64,000 bases of DNA, from assembly GCA_965113315.1 (NCBI GenBank), contig OZ220368.1. One strand, given 5' to 3'. The notes below the pieces were generated by a model, which worked only from the letters and a program-made list of their open reading frames with translations, was not told where the DNA came from and did not search any database. This DNA comes from Podarcis vaucheri. Taxonomy: Eukaryota. A program made the translations under genes and the position numbers. Position 1 is the first letter of the stretch; every line of letters starts with the position of its first letter. Shown here one piece after another: positions 26,154-39,135 of the stretch.

Positions 26154-28719
26154 CCTGGTGTTCACAAGGTCTAGCAGCCTTGTATGCATGCTTGAACATG
26201 AAGGTGAGGCTGCACAAAAATGGCACAGTTTGGATTTTCACTGGTCTTGTAAAGAGTGTTCATTAAGACCATAAGAAGAGCCAGTGGATCAGGCCAGTGG
26301 CCCATTTAGCCCATAAGCCAAGCAAATGCCCATGGGAAGGCCACCACCAGAACTCTCCTCTCCTGCAATTTCCAACAACTGATATTCAGAGTGAAGCTGC
26401 CTTTGACAATGGATATTTGTTTATTTGTTTGTTTAATAGCTTAAACATGTATAATTCATATTTTCATAAAATATATTAGGGTATTATACAAAATATAATT
26501 AAATCAGAAAAACTATCTATAAACATGAAATTAAAAATATCAATTAAACATCAGTAGTTATTGGTTGGTTTAAACGGCAATTTGTTTTGCTGATTCGTAC
26601 AACTATGATGACTAATGTCACATCTCTAAGATATTTCATATTTATATTATATTAGAATCACAGAGATGGAAGGGGCCTTCAAAGGCTTCGAGTCCAACTC
26701 CCTGCCGCTGTTGGAAAATCTACTACTACAGCAACTATTTATTGTAATAGATTTTTTAAAGCGTCCAAAATGCCGTATGGAGTTGAAACAGGTGTCTTGA
26801 TGAAGCAAATTGTCTGGACTTGTTTCATTTTGACTTCTGGCTTCAGTTTGGCTCCCAAATAGCTTTGGTCCTCCTGATCAATGACCAATAGGAGATGGGG
26901 AAAGAGTTTACAGACTTTCTCTTCAAGGAAAGATGAAGGGGAGTCTATTGATGAGCTTACTGGAGTGACTGATCAAGGAGAAGTGGGGCTGCTCACTGGA
27001 CAGCCAGATATTGGTGCTTGCAGGATCCCAACATTCAGCCACCCTAAAAGATGTCTGTAAATCCAGAACCTGAGTTCAGTGTCTCACCTTACCTCTTGGA
27101 AAGGGATGCAATGAAGCCGGTGCTGCAAGCACTTGATACGGGGAAGGATTGCACACTTGAAAACAGTTGATAAGGGACAAAGTTCAGGATCTATCAAGGA
27201 TTCTTGAAGGAACCCGCTTTTCTGGGAACTCAGGTCCCCCCCCCCTACACAAACCAGTGGAGACATGTACATATGTCTTAATTGGTTTGCACAAAAGAAC
27301 ATATGAAGAGCTTGCTGGATCATGTCAGTGGCCCGTCTAGTCCAGCATTCAGGAAAAAAAAAGCTTGCAGCTTTGAAGACACCTGGAAGAGGTTATGCAC
27401 AAACCAGCCAAGAACCCTGTTGCCCCAAGAGTCCTTGCCAGGAGGTGAGATTCAACACACACATACCATTTCTTCATAATATTTCATGGGGGGACACAAA
27501 GATTCAGGTTTTCTGTAAAGAGGTTCTGCTTCAGGCCAAGGTGAAGTGGGTCTCTGCCACAGCACTGTAGTGGCGCATGAGCCAAATCTTGATTTTGGTG
27601 CATACGTCTTGTGTTGAACTTTAATGCAAGTCTGTAGAAAATGCATATGATACAAAGGACATGTTCAAGACATAAACCCATGATTGTAGTGAAAAGCTAT
27701 CCCAGGCTTCAAAATCATTACAATCTCAAAGTGCGTAGCAGCCTTTCTTGACACGGCTTTCAGCTCCTTCTTTCATGTAAGCATCAAATTCTCCACTTCC
27801 ATGTGCAAAGAGCTCCTCTGCTGCATAGCCTTTTGTTTCTGACTTATCTGTCCTTACTCAGAAACTGACATTTAGACAGATGATTCCTCAAGGCCGTCTA
27901 AATCAGAGAATTAATGCCCATGGATAGTCTTGAGTGATAGAAGGCCCAGTCTCTGAAAGCTGTCAGGAGTGTGCAGGGAAAACTTTCTTAGGGTATCAAA
28001 GGTTTTCTCTGATGCTTCTGCTGCTAGCCATGACCTTATCAGAAAAATTGCTAATGGTTTGATGATTGCATTTTATTTCAAAGGCATTCATTTATCTCCT
28101 TCTGCCTTCTAGCCAGTTGGCACCTAATATCTGTTTTGGGAGGCTCTGTCATTTACTGTTGACTAAATGCTGCAATCGTGGTTTCTGGTTTTCAGAAGAC
28201 ATGGAAGACCACCATCATGCTCCAAAACAAGACTGAGAAGTCCTTTCATCTTTGCAGAGAAGAAGATATAGGCTGTTCATGTGTCCAAGGACAGTCCAGC
28301 ATTTGAAGATGACCTTTATTTGAAGGGCTGCCCATTTTACAGAAAAGGAGCCCCGAGAAGGGAGAGGACAGGCCTTGCTGGCACCTGGGCAGCAGACTGA
28401 GCAGAAACACAAATCATCATAGTCTGTGCAGTGTATTTCTGTTTAAAGCCATTATTCCCAAATTTGCCTCTTTATGTATAAATTTGTGCATGCAAATATG
28501 TGTTCTCTTTTGTCCACTGTTTTAGTCACCCTATAAGAGGCCACTCTATGGAGGTAGCTATAGAATATGGACAGGGAACAAGTGGCACTCTAGATATTTT
28601 TGGACTGCAACTCCCATCACCCCCATCCAGCATGGTCAGCGACCAAGGATTCTGGGAGTTGTAGCCCAACAACACATCACAGTTTCCTCATTTGTATACT
28701 GCAATTCCTCCAAGCCAGC

Positions 28720-29143
28720 GGAGCCAACTTGGGCCCCAGGATATGATGAAATCACATGCAAACCCATCCCACCGGCCTTGGAATCTGAATTCCAGTGCCA
28801 CCAAAAGTTAGGTGCTGAGACCATACAAGAGCTCAGAAAGCATCTCCGAGGTCTTGTGAGGCCTCAGAGATGCTTTCCAAGGTCTTGCGAGACCTCGGAC
28901 CTGACCTCTGGTGGCACCGGAAGTTGGTTTCCGAGGTCTCGTGAGGCCTTGAGCGGCATCTTTGAGGTCTTGTGAGGCCTTGAACAGAATCTCTGAGGTC
29001 TCGTGAGACCTCAGACATGAGTTCCGGTGCTTCCTGAGGCACCGGAAATTGCATTGGGGGCCCTATGGTGTGGGTGCTGAGCACCCACAACAAAATTGTT
29101 GTTGGTATTCGGGCACCCAGAGCCCCTTACATTTGGTGCCCCT
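28720..29143. mobile_element. Non-autonomous DNA transposon-like element with internal palindrome array
   Basis: Ends TGGTGCCCCTG; GCACCCAC...AAA subterminal motifs also near 36940-37100; five GAGGTCTYGYGAGRCCTY units; left boundary uncertain. Confidence 0.55.
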
Positions 29144-29178
29144 GCTCCAAGCTATTTAACCTTACCTCAACCCTTTGT

Positions 29179-29532
29179 GGGACGCGGGTGGCGCTGTGGG
29201 TAAAACCTCAGTGCCTAGGACTTGCCGATCGCATGGTCGGCGGTTCGAATCCCCACGGTGGGGTGAGCTCCTGTCTTTCGGTCCCAGCTCCTGCCCACCT
29301 AGCAGTTCAAAAGCACCCCTAAGTGCAAGTAGATAAATAGGTACCGCATTATATTGGGAAGGTAAACGGCGCTTCCGTGTGCTGCACTGGTGCTGGCTCG
29401 CCAGAGCAGCTTCGTCACGTTGGCCACGTGATCCGGAAGTGTCTGCCGGCCTCTTAAGTGAGATGAGCGCACAACCCTAGAGTCAGACACGACTGGCCCG
29501 TACGGGCAGGGGTATCTTTACCTTTACCTTTA
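29179..29532 (+). mobile_element. Sauria SINE, full length
   Basis: Head, B-box, (ACCTTT)n tail; TSD CAACCCTTTGT at 29168-29178 and 29533-29543. Confidence 0.95.
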
Positions 29533-32500
29533 CAACCCTTTGTAGCAGGGTTAGGGTGAGAGACTTTGACTTGCCTCAGGCCCTCAAGTGAACCACATCA
29601 GTTAATAACATTTTTAAAAAGCAGCAAAACATATCTGTACATGGAGCTCTGGGAAGGAAAAGGGCCGCTTGATAGAATCCCCTGCAATTCACAGATCATA
29701 GTTAAAGAATCCCTGACAGATGGCCATCCTACCTCTGTTAAAAAAACTTCCAACGTAACTGAAACAGTCGAACAATTTTCTTACCTCAGTCAGCCAGTCA
29801 GTCGCAAGCATCTTTATATGCATTATACAATGGGATCTTTTTGAGGACATGTATTTATAGTGAGCTCATACATACTTTTGCTTTCTAGTCTATGCTGTCC
29901 CAGTCTGTGTATGAGCACTCCACACACGCCACCGCTTTCCCCAGAAAAACCCTCACTTTAGTGCTGATTCGGAATAAACAGCAACTCGGGTTTTTCGCGA
30001 ATTGCTGTTTGCTCTGATTTGAACATAAAGAACAAGTTTTTGTGGGGAAAGCACAGAGGCAAAAAAAAATAAGACGAAGTGCTCAGACATGGACTATGAA
30101 AGCATAGATTTGTGCCTAGAAACATGGCACAGAAGGATGTCTGGATGAGCCCTGTGTTCACATGTCCCAGACTATGGTCTTAAAGAACATAAGGCAAACA
30201 CCTTACTGAAGTTAAGGAGGTTTGGATCTGGTCAGTGTCCAGATGGGTGATTGGTTGGGAAGCCTCATTGGCTTCCATATTAGAAGAAAGTAGAGTATAA
30301 ATGCAAGAAAATAATGAGGAAAATAACGAAATGCAAGAAAGTGACGAAGCTTCAGGATTGTGTGTGAATCTGAAGCTTTTGTCTTTACAAAGTGATAGGA
30401 GACACATAGATTTTCACTTTCCCAGCATTCTGTAAAATTGTTATGATCTTTATCTGCCTCAGAATATTGCTGGGAGAAGTGATTAATTAATTGCTTGTAA
30501 ATCACTTTGAAGATGAAAAATGTTTCCAGTGCACAGTATTGCATGTTATGATTCAGCCCTAACATGTCACCAAGGCTCCCTTTCATGGCTGAATAATTTC
30601 TCTGTGTTAATTGAAATACTTGAGACCCACGGAATACAGATTGCACCACTTCCCATCACAACCTCTCTACTCCTGTCTTACAGATGGCTCTGTGTCATTA
30701 TCTGTGTCTTACCAAACTGAAATTGTCAGAAAGAATGATGAAATCTACAGCCCTAATTACATTTTGCAGGGAAGCAAGTTCTACTAAAATCAGTGTGATT
30801 ACTTTCAAGAAAGAGTCAAATGATAATGTTTCAGGGAAAGTGGGGATGAGCTTCCTAACTTTCCACGTACCAGATCCAGGGTATTCCATGTTTGGTACTG
30901 ACAGCAGAGTTCATTGAAGTGAAATAGTATTTTTGCATCCAAAAATGTGTATATCAGAAGAAATTCACAACAAAATGCTGACAAACTTTCATGAAGATTT
31001 TAAATAATAATAATCACAAACTGATGTGGAAATGTGGAGAACTGAACTTAAATTTGAGAAAAATAAGAAATGGAGAGGAAAAAAACATTGACAAATTCAC
31101 CTATCCCTTCTCTCAGGTAAGTGGCAGAAACGAACTATGGGGAGCATGCTCAGTTTGTTCACACTGGGCATGAAGCCTTGGGGGCGCTGCCAGGAATGGC
31201 ACAACTATGATTTAGAATGGAATGCAAGAGGCAGAGGCTCGCCAAATTTTGGCATTGCACAGGGTGCTGCTGAGGGTTGAGATGCCAAGGTCCATCACTT
31301 GATGGCAGCTTCACAGAGTGATCTTAAAGGGAAGAAGGAGACAGAGACAACATTGAATGAAACAACATTCCCTATGCCCTGCTAGGTTCATGCTCATGGG
31401 ACAGAAGTGAGGGTGACACAGTTGCCTACCACTTTCATGCCTTTCTGTGCCTTTTCCTCTTGCTTTTAGGGGTGTCTCATGGGATTCTGAAGGCCCTGGA
31501 TCCTTTGGATCCATGCCTTCTTCCTCAGATCTGCCCCTGGCATGCCATACCAATGGAGCAGTTCCAGCATTGGGGAGGAAAGTTGTCAGGAGCCTTACAG
31601 GGTCAGACCTCACTTTCTGATGGTGTAACTCTCCTGGGACGCTCTGGGAAACCTACCATAGCTTTCATGGAAATGCTGAAATTAGGACTGTGATTCATTC
31701 CATCATAGAAAGTCAGCATCAGTTGAGGGAGGGTCCCCTAGATTATTGTTCCAAGCCTGGCCTCTGGACAACACCATTTCTTAACTGGATTGTTCCCCAA
31801 ATGTCTTATCTCTCCTTCTTTACTCATTCAATAAATGTTTACTGTCTACCTAAGACTAAGAGATACATTTAATCTTCCATGACACCTGTAGGTCTCCTAT
31901 TACTCCTTTATTAGAGCAACTAGAATGGTTTTCCAGGCCATGGTTTTAGGGGTTCAATTTATATTTTTAGCACTGTTAGTTGAAGTGCTTCACACTTGGG
32001 CTCCTTTCTCAGATGTGATGTTTAATTCATGTTTATGTGCCTTCTCATCTCCATCCTTTCTTGCTAACTGATTTACTGTCAGCATCATCCTTTGTGTCTT
32101 CTCTGCACAGCAGAGTTATGTAAAGGAGCTTGGCTTCCCCGCCCTTCACTTAACACTAACCTAATTCAAGAGCTGTCCCAGTTTTTAAAGTGTGGTGAGA
32201 TGGCACCCTCAGCAACTTCTGAGAAGGGCAATCGCTGTAGTGGCACCATCTCTCCACGGATCCTGCTTGAAGGTGGCCGGACCTGGTAAGGCTGGCAGTG
32301 GCAGGAGGCTTGCTAAAAGCAACTGACAAGCTAGCTGGTGATTTCATCAGTGGGTGATGCCTAGAAAAAGGAAAATATAATTTAAAGGGTGGGTGGGTTA
32401 TATAGGCAGCTGGTGGACTGGAAAGAAGCTATGTGATGGAGAGGTCATAGGTGACTTGAGATGCTTCCTGGCTATTGTTTGAAGCAAAAGCTACAGATTG

Positions 32501-33900
32501 GGATTAATGGCTGCATATCTGAAGCTTAGCCCATGCCTTTGAGGGTCCTCATATCCTGGCAGTGGTAGCGTCGACATAACACTGATTTTGGGCAAAAACA
32601 CAATGGGACTCTCCTGTCGTCTGGTGCCTGTCTTGGATGACACTGAAACATGTTCCACAGAGCTGTGTATTGGTTTTGGGGCAGCGGGTGGCTGCAAAGA
32701 GCAGGAAAGTGACTGTTTTGTCAGATGTTTATGTAAGCTTGTTGTACACACCAAGTTAGCAATCCTTGAAGAGCATCTGGCTCAGCTAATGCATCTTCAT
32801 AAGAATGGTCAACAAGTTATACCACTGGCACATGAAATAGCAATATCAGTGAACAATTCTGTAATAATATTCCTAGCGTGATCCAAGAGAGAACCGTGAT
32901 TACAGATGGTTGGTTTATACCCTTTACATGAGGATGCATATCACTAACTTATTTTAACTCATCTAATGTAAGTATAAATATTGTCATTATCCATAAAATT
33001 AATCTTTTGTTTGAGGCAGAAAGGACAGAGAAAGAGAGGAGGCAAAAAAGAAGAGATCCAATTAAAAGATAGGGCACGTTCTGTATCTGACTTCTTATGC
33101 AATCATCTATTACCAAACATCTGTCACTCACAGTTTAACTTGCTGTATCCTTTGATTCTATTTTAAAAGTGCTGAATGGATAAAAAACCCCTCTATCTAA
33201 CAGTTTACTTATCAAAGTGAAAGGAACTGCACTGCACACATCATAGGGCTATGTCAAAGGTTCTCTATCTGAGCTGCTGCTTCTCCCTCTATCTGATCCA
33301 AATGTGGCTGTGAATTCCCATGGCAGGTGTGTATGAGCAGCGATGGATTTGGATGCAGACAAAAGCTAACACTTGTGCCGGGCAAGATGGAAACACTGAT
33401 GGTCGGTGGTCTGACTTTGCTGGCATCACACTCCCCCCTATAGACCTGATGTGAAGTCCAGAGGACTCTTAGATATTAGACTGGGTGCCTAGGTACCTGA
33501 TTTGCAAGCTATATATAATTTCTATTTATCTAATAAATTTCCTAGGCACCATTCAACATGTTATATTTCCCCATGACAGCTTACAGCATTGAAAGCAATT
33601 TTAAACCATATTTAAAAATGTTATGGGTTAGTGTGGGAACATGGATCCCAGAGAGCTCTGGGTACCAGATTTTCCTCTCTAGAGTCTTGGGTGTTTGAAG
33701 AGGAAGGTGGTTTCCTACCCTTACCTGAAATTAAACAAATTGTGGTGGAGGCAGAATGCACCTCAGCATTCAGGAAGCGCATGTTTGCTGACTGGCCAAC
33801 CTTTACAAAGCACCCATAAAATCCATCTTTTGCTATGGTAGTCTGCACCTAAGAAGGAAGGTCTGCTTTGACCTGGGTGAGTCGGTTGTGTTTCCACTAT

Positions 33901-34405
33901 TGTCAGAGACTAGTACTGCTTTGATGAGGAAAGGTGGGAGCCTCCCCCACCCTGCTCCTGATCAGGATTCTGTAGCTGCCCAGGAGCAGTGGAGCAGTAT
34001 AGATTTGGAACAGTGGTTTGCAGAGGGGCATAGTTCTGAAGACAAAAGTTGGGATGAACTGCAAAGTGAAGAAGAACTGGAAGAGAGAGAGCTAATAGAC
34101 TCTCTCCCGTTGGAAAGTGTTCAGCCTATCAGTCCAAGGTCACGTACAGATAAGGTGGCAGATAAGGTGGCTACACAAAAAAGCACAGTGGTTGCAAGAT
34201 CAGGTTGCAAGATGCAGAAGAGACTAGGGGGGAAGTGGGTGGAAATCTTAATTGGGAACACCTTCATTCCCAGAATGGGTGCTTCGTTCTTTTGCTGTGA
34301 TCATTAAAGACTCTTTAAATGGGAAGTGATTCCTTTCGCTTTGTCCTGCTTATCTACGGGCAAAGAGGTGGAGGGGGGAGGAAGCCAAGGCCCCAAAGCC
34401 TGACA
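33901..34405 (+). mobile_element. Solo LTR (about 505 bp), Gypsy-like
   Basis: TGTCAG...CTGACA termini, TSD ACTAT/ATTAT, ATTAAA near 34303; homologous to 25653-26153. Confidence 0.78.
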
Positions 34406-35490
34406 ATTATGGGAACCCAGGCTTGCATGTTCAAGCAAGCTGAGTTGCATCGCTGCCTTCTGCTAAATCCATGGATTGCTGCCTCTTTCACTGTAAATCA
34501 CTGCTCCCACTTGTAAATTTAAAGTAAACAAAGGAGCATTGCATTCCTTCTAGGAGTGTTAAGCCTACAAATCACCTAAATGCCAATTTCCCCCTCCCTA
34601 CCATAGCTAACCCAGAAGTTCCAATGGCCTAAGGATCCCGACAGAGAAGCCCAAAATATATGTTAATCCTTTTTTCCACCAGTCAGCGGGAAAGCAGAAT
34701 AAACATGCATTTTCAGAAGCCATTTCTCAGACATTTAGGACAAATTCTTCCTGACTGGCACCATTTGAAAACTTTCGAACACCTGGTCACTGCCAGGAAG
34801 ACAGGATTTGTAGTCTTTGTCTTCGTTTTAATTGTTAAGCCCAACTGGAGCATGAAAGATTATGCCTTTAATTTTACCCACTAGGAATCTTTTAGACACC
34901 AAAGAGTCCTCATTTCCCTCCCTCACTTCTCTCCTCCTTCTCCCCTTCTCTATTTCATTCTGTCACTACAGAAATACCCCCAACTAGGGGTTATCGGAGA
35001 ATTCCAACAAAACTGAAATGGAAGCAGAAATTGTTCATGTTCACTTATTCATCCCTTGTCTGGAAGAGAAATCAGTCCAGCAAACATGATTGGTATTTGC
35101 AATTGTTCCTTACAGTCCACAAAATTTATGTACCTGATTACATTTGCCACCATTTGCATTGCATTTCCTTTACAGTGAAACGAATGGGGTAACTTAATGA
35201 CAATGCAATTTCATAATTTTATGCAATTAATTACTTAAATTATGCAAGTTACATAACTTTTCCCATTGTGCATTGTGAGACAAATAATGTCATTTTGGGC
35301 AGAAAATGAAGTACAGCAGAATGTGACAAATGTGATACTTTCTTACAGCAAGGTGGTCATACACATGAGGTCCATGTGGCCCTTGGCAACACTTGACACC
35401 CTCCTCCCAAAGCCTAGGTAGTGCTTTCCCACCTTTTGGGAAGAGGTGAGAGGGCACTAGAACATTGACAGCCTTGCACATCCTTCCCAA

Positions 35491-35914
35491 AGAATCATAG
35501 AATCATAGAGTTGGAAGAGACCACAAGGGCCATCGAGTCCAACCCCCTGCCAAGCAGGAAACACCACCAGAGCACTCCTGACATATGGTTGTCAAGCCTC
35601 TGCTTAAAGACCTCCAAAGTAGGAGACTCCACCACACTCCTTGGCAGCAAATTCCACTGTCGAACAGCTCTTACTGTCAGGAAGTTCTTCCTAATGTTTA
35701 GGTGGAATCTTCTTTCTTGTAGTTTGGATCCATTGCTCCGTGTCCGCTTCTCTGGAGCAGCAGAAAACAACCTTTCTCCCTCCTCTATGTGACACCCTTT
35801 TATATATTTGAACATGGCTATCATATCACCCCTTAACCTCCTCTTCTCCAGGCTAAACATGCCCAGCTCCCTTAGCCGTTCCTCATAAGGCATCGTTTCC
35901 AGGCCTTTGACCAT
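35491..35914 (-). mobile_element. CR1 LINE 3' end, young
   Basis: (ATTCTATG)n tail; open frame [32 protein letters not shown]...[10 protein letters not shown]...FKQRLD is the CR1 ORF2 C-terminus. Confidence 0.95.
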
Positions 35915-38446
35915 GGTGCCTCACTTAGACAGCTTTGGGAAGGCAGCATGAGGGCTGAGGAGGGTGTCAAATTTTGTGCTTGTGCCCCCACCCCCTTCCC
36001 CTGCATGACAAGGCAGTGCGCAGCTCATGGATTCCATGTCAAAATTCTCTTGTGGCCCACTTGGTATGAAAAGTCAGGCTGCCCTGCCTTAGGGTGCTTA
36101 ATTCTGAGGTGTGTTCAGGTCTCAGTGTCAAAAGGTTCCCGGAAGGAGTGTTGGGATTGCATGTGAGAACTGAATACTTGTGTGCAAATTGCACACTTCC
36201 TAACACCTTCCTTACTGATACCAGCAGCCCATTCCAGATATGGCAGCCAGACACTCACACATAGCTACTATGAAAGCAACACTGCTCAGGATACTGCTTA
36301 CAAAATGTTATTTCTCAGGAGTCTCTTCTGAAGGAATGATTGATTCCAATTTTGCTCATCCTCTCATCGCATTAGATGGTAAACATTAGGCTTTTTTTTT
36401 TTTTTTGCTACTGCGACAATGACATCCTCTTACTCACATGCCAGAGCCCTGGTGGCTATAATTCTCCTACTCCAGTCATCAATCAGTCTGTTATTACTGC
36501 AGCAAATAGCCCATTTGTCAACATCTAATGCTGCCCAAAATCAGGACATGATGGATTATTCTTCAATTAAAAAAACAGAGTCAGATTGCATCAGGATTAG
36601 ATCAGAAAAGCCAGAACGTCGTGCCAGACTGTGATAACAGCCCTAATCCAGTAGTATCTTTAACATTTGAGATACAGATTGGTGTGTGACTGGGAACTCT
36701 GGTGTGATTGTTCTTCCCTTGCTATTCATGTTCAGATTGGTTTCCGATTGACCTAACTGGGTAAGTCCCTGGAACCCCTGGAATTTTGCATTGGTCAGAG
36801 ATTGGGGTGGCATGCAACAATATTCATCCACAGCCCCCATATTTGTTCTCACTCTCCATTGCCTTCACTTGCCTTCTGGGATGATGCCATAATAACATGA
36901 ATGAATCTGATTGGCTGTGCAGCATTGTGATTTCACCCTGCATAGGTGCTAACTCCCTGGGGCCCTGGCTGCCCAGGCACCCACAAAATTCCCCATGAAG
37001 GGGCCAGGCACCCACAAATTTGGGTGCCAGGGCCATGCACGTTGCATGGCACCCATGGCCCCTGGGCATCCACAGTCATGGGGCCCAGTTGGCAGTCCTG
37101 TCACCCTGTGTACTAAATATATATATATATGATCCCTGACTGATGCTATCCAGGAAGCACAACCAGTCGGGGTGTGGAGGGGACAGATAGTACAGAAGCA
37201 GAAACCAGCTGATACAATGATGCTAAACAGACTTTAAATGCGGGAAAGGGGATGCGAAACATTCACACTATCTGGGGAAATTTGGGAACATTTCTACTGC
37301 AGAAAAATGATTGTTTTTTAAACTTAAAAATCAAAGCTGAGAAAACATTTGGCAGGTACAGCTTTAGTTAAAATCTGCTTGAACCACAGCTTCACACAAA
37401 GAGTTTATGTGCTGAGTGGCAGCCATGTATTTTGCATTCTTGGCAGCAACTGTGCACTACCAGCATATCATTTGAATCTGGCCTTTTTAATAACAATAAT
37501 ATTGAAAACCGACACCGGCTTTGCAAAACGCTTTGCGAATCTATGTATGATTTCTTATTAGGCATCATTATTTATTACTTCCCCACTGCCCTCGCCGTCT
37601 TAATTCTCATTTCTCACCATTTGTTTTCTGCATATTAGTCACAGCATTCCAATAGGCTCGACGTCTGTACAATAGAACTTAATTAGGTATAGTGTCTCTA
37701 TAGAATTAAATAAGAGCCCGCAAACAAGAGGGTATGATGCAAATTATAGAAAAGCACAATATACAGAATAAATCAAAGCACCGAGTTGCAAAGCCATTAA
37801 GAGAAAGAGAGATGGGAGCAGGAGGGAGGGAAATTAAGCACCATAGTCAGGGGAGAAAAGATTTGTCGTAAGATGAGAGATGAAAAAGTTATGCAGCCAG
37901 GAAGGGGGGGGGGTTGCAAAACTGAAGAGCAGGAAGAACTCTTTAGTTAAATGGTATTTCTAATTAATCCCATGATGGTATCGGGGAACTGATTGTATAA
38001 TTTTTTTGCTACCCACTGTCTTATAAACGTTCTTTCTGTAGAGAAAAAGTACACTCTCAGCATTCAAATGGTTGGAGGTCTGGCATAAAAAAAATTCCTT
38101 TACATGCTTGATTTTCTATTATCAGAAGTTTCAGAAGAACATTTGAAAAAGGTTCTTCAAAAGGCATGCTTGTTTTTGGGGGGTTTTTTGTGTGTGGGCA
38201 CTCTCTTAAAGTTAGGCATTCATCAGACCTAGGGAGCCATGGTCAAATGATACCAGTCACTGGCATTTAGGATCTCCCTCTGCATCTTTCCCATGTTGTT
38301 ATTTCATATCTATAGATAACAAAGGATCCAGAACACCAAAAGCGCGCTGCCGCAACTCACAAAAGGAGAGCATTGTGAGTCCTTTCACTTTTCTCTTGTT
38401 TATTTCATATGAGCTTCTCTATTTTTTCTTGCATACATTAACACGG

Positions 38447-38478
38447 TTTAAGAGCCTCGTGCTCTACCAACTGAGCAG
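38447..38478 (-). other. tRNA-Lys(CTT)-like 5' half fragment (SINE head or pseudogene)
   Basis: Minus strand GCTCAGTTGGTAGAGCACGAGGCTCTTAA; no T-arm or 3' half. Confidence 0.5.
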
Positions 38479-38949
38479 TACCACCTGCTAACCACCGCTG
38501 GCCCTGAGTAACACAATCTGCTCTTGAGTTTCTTAACCAAATGACACAAAGACAACATGCCACTTGTTAATAGAGATATAACATTAAACGGAATGGGTTA
38601 AATTCAAAGTAGCACTAAGGAAATCATTCCATCCATGCAAACATTTCTGCTTGTCTGGTGGGATGATCTCCCCTTGTTCCCTCCATGAGCTGCTCTGGAG
38701 GTAGTTCTGATACCACCACCCCGAAGGCAATTTGGGGTTGGGGCACATGGGTGGGGAGAGGACTTGTTCTTCTGGCTATCACTAGCGCAACTACTTACTT
38801 TTTTTTCTTTTGGTGTACTCATAGGGCCAAAAGAAGGAGGAGTCACAATCTCCATTTCCTTCTTTCCATATCCATTGCTGCTTCACACTGAATCCAAGTC
38901 ATTTTCCATGAGAACATCCATCCATCCATATCCCACATCTCCTCCAAGG

Positions 38950-39135
38950 AGCTCAAGGTGGCATGCATGGTCCCCTGTCTCCTCATTTATTCCTTCTTGC
39001 AACACTGTGAGGTAAGTTAGGATGAGACAGAGTGACTTCCCCAAGGTCACCTAGTGTGTTTGATGTTTGAGCAGGGACTTAACCCTGGTCTCCCAAGTCT
39101 AAGCCCAGCACTCTAACCACTACACCTCAGTGGCT
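38950..39135 (-). mobile_element. MIR/CORE-type SINE, old
   Basis: GTGACTT.CCCAAGGTCAC core and CTAACCACTACACC reversed tRNA head. Confidence 0.75.

Noticed and set aside
26811-27670. Further possible solo LTR (also about 55065-55500)
   Set aside because: LTR-like composition, but termini and TSD could not be fixed
28848-29012. Regularly spaced palindromic repeats resembling a CRISPR array
   Set aside because: Vertebrate DNA, spacers only about 13 bp and related to each other, no cas genes
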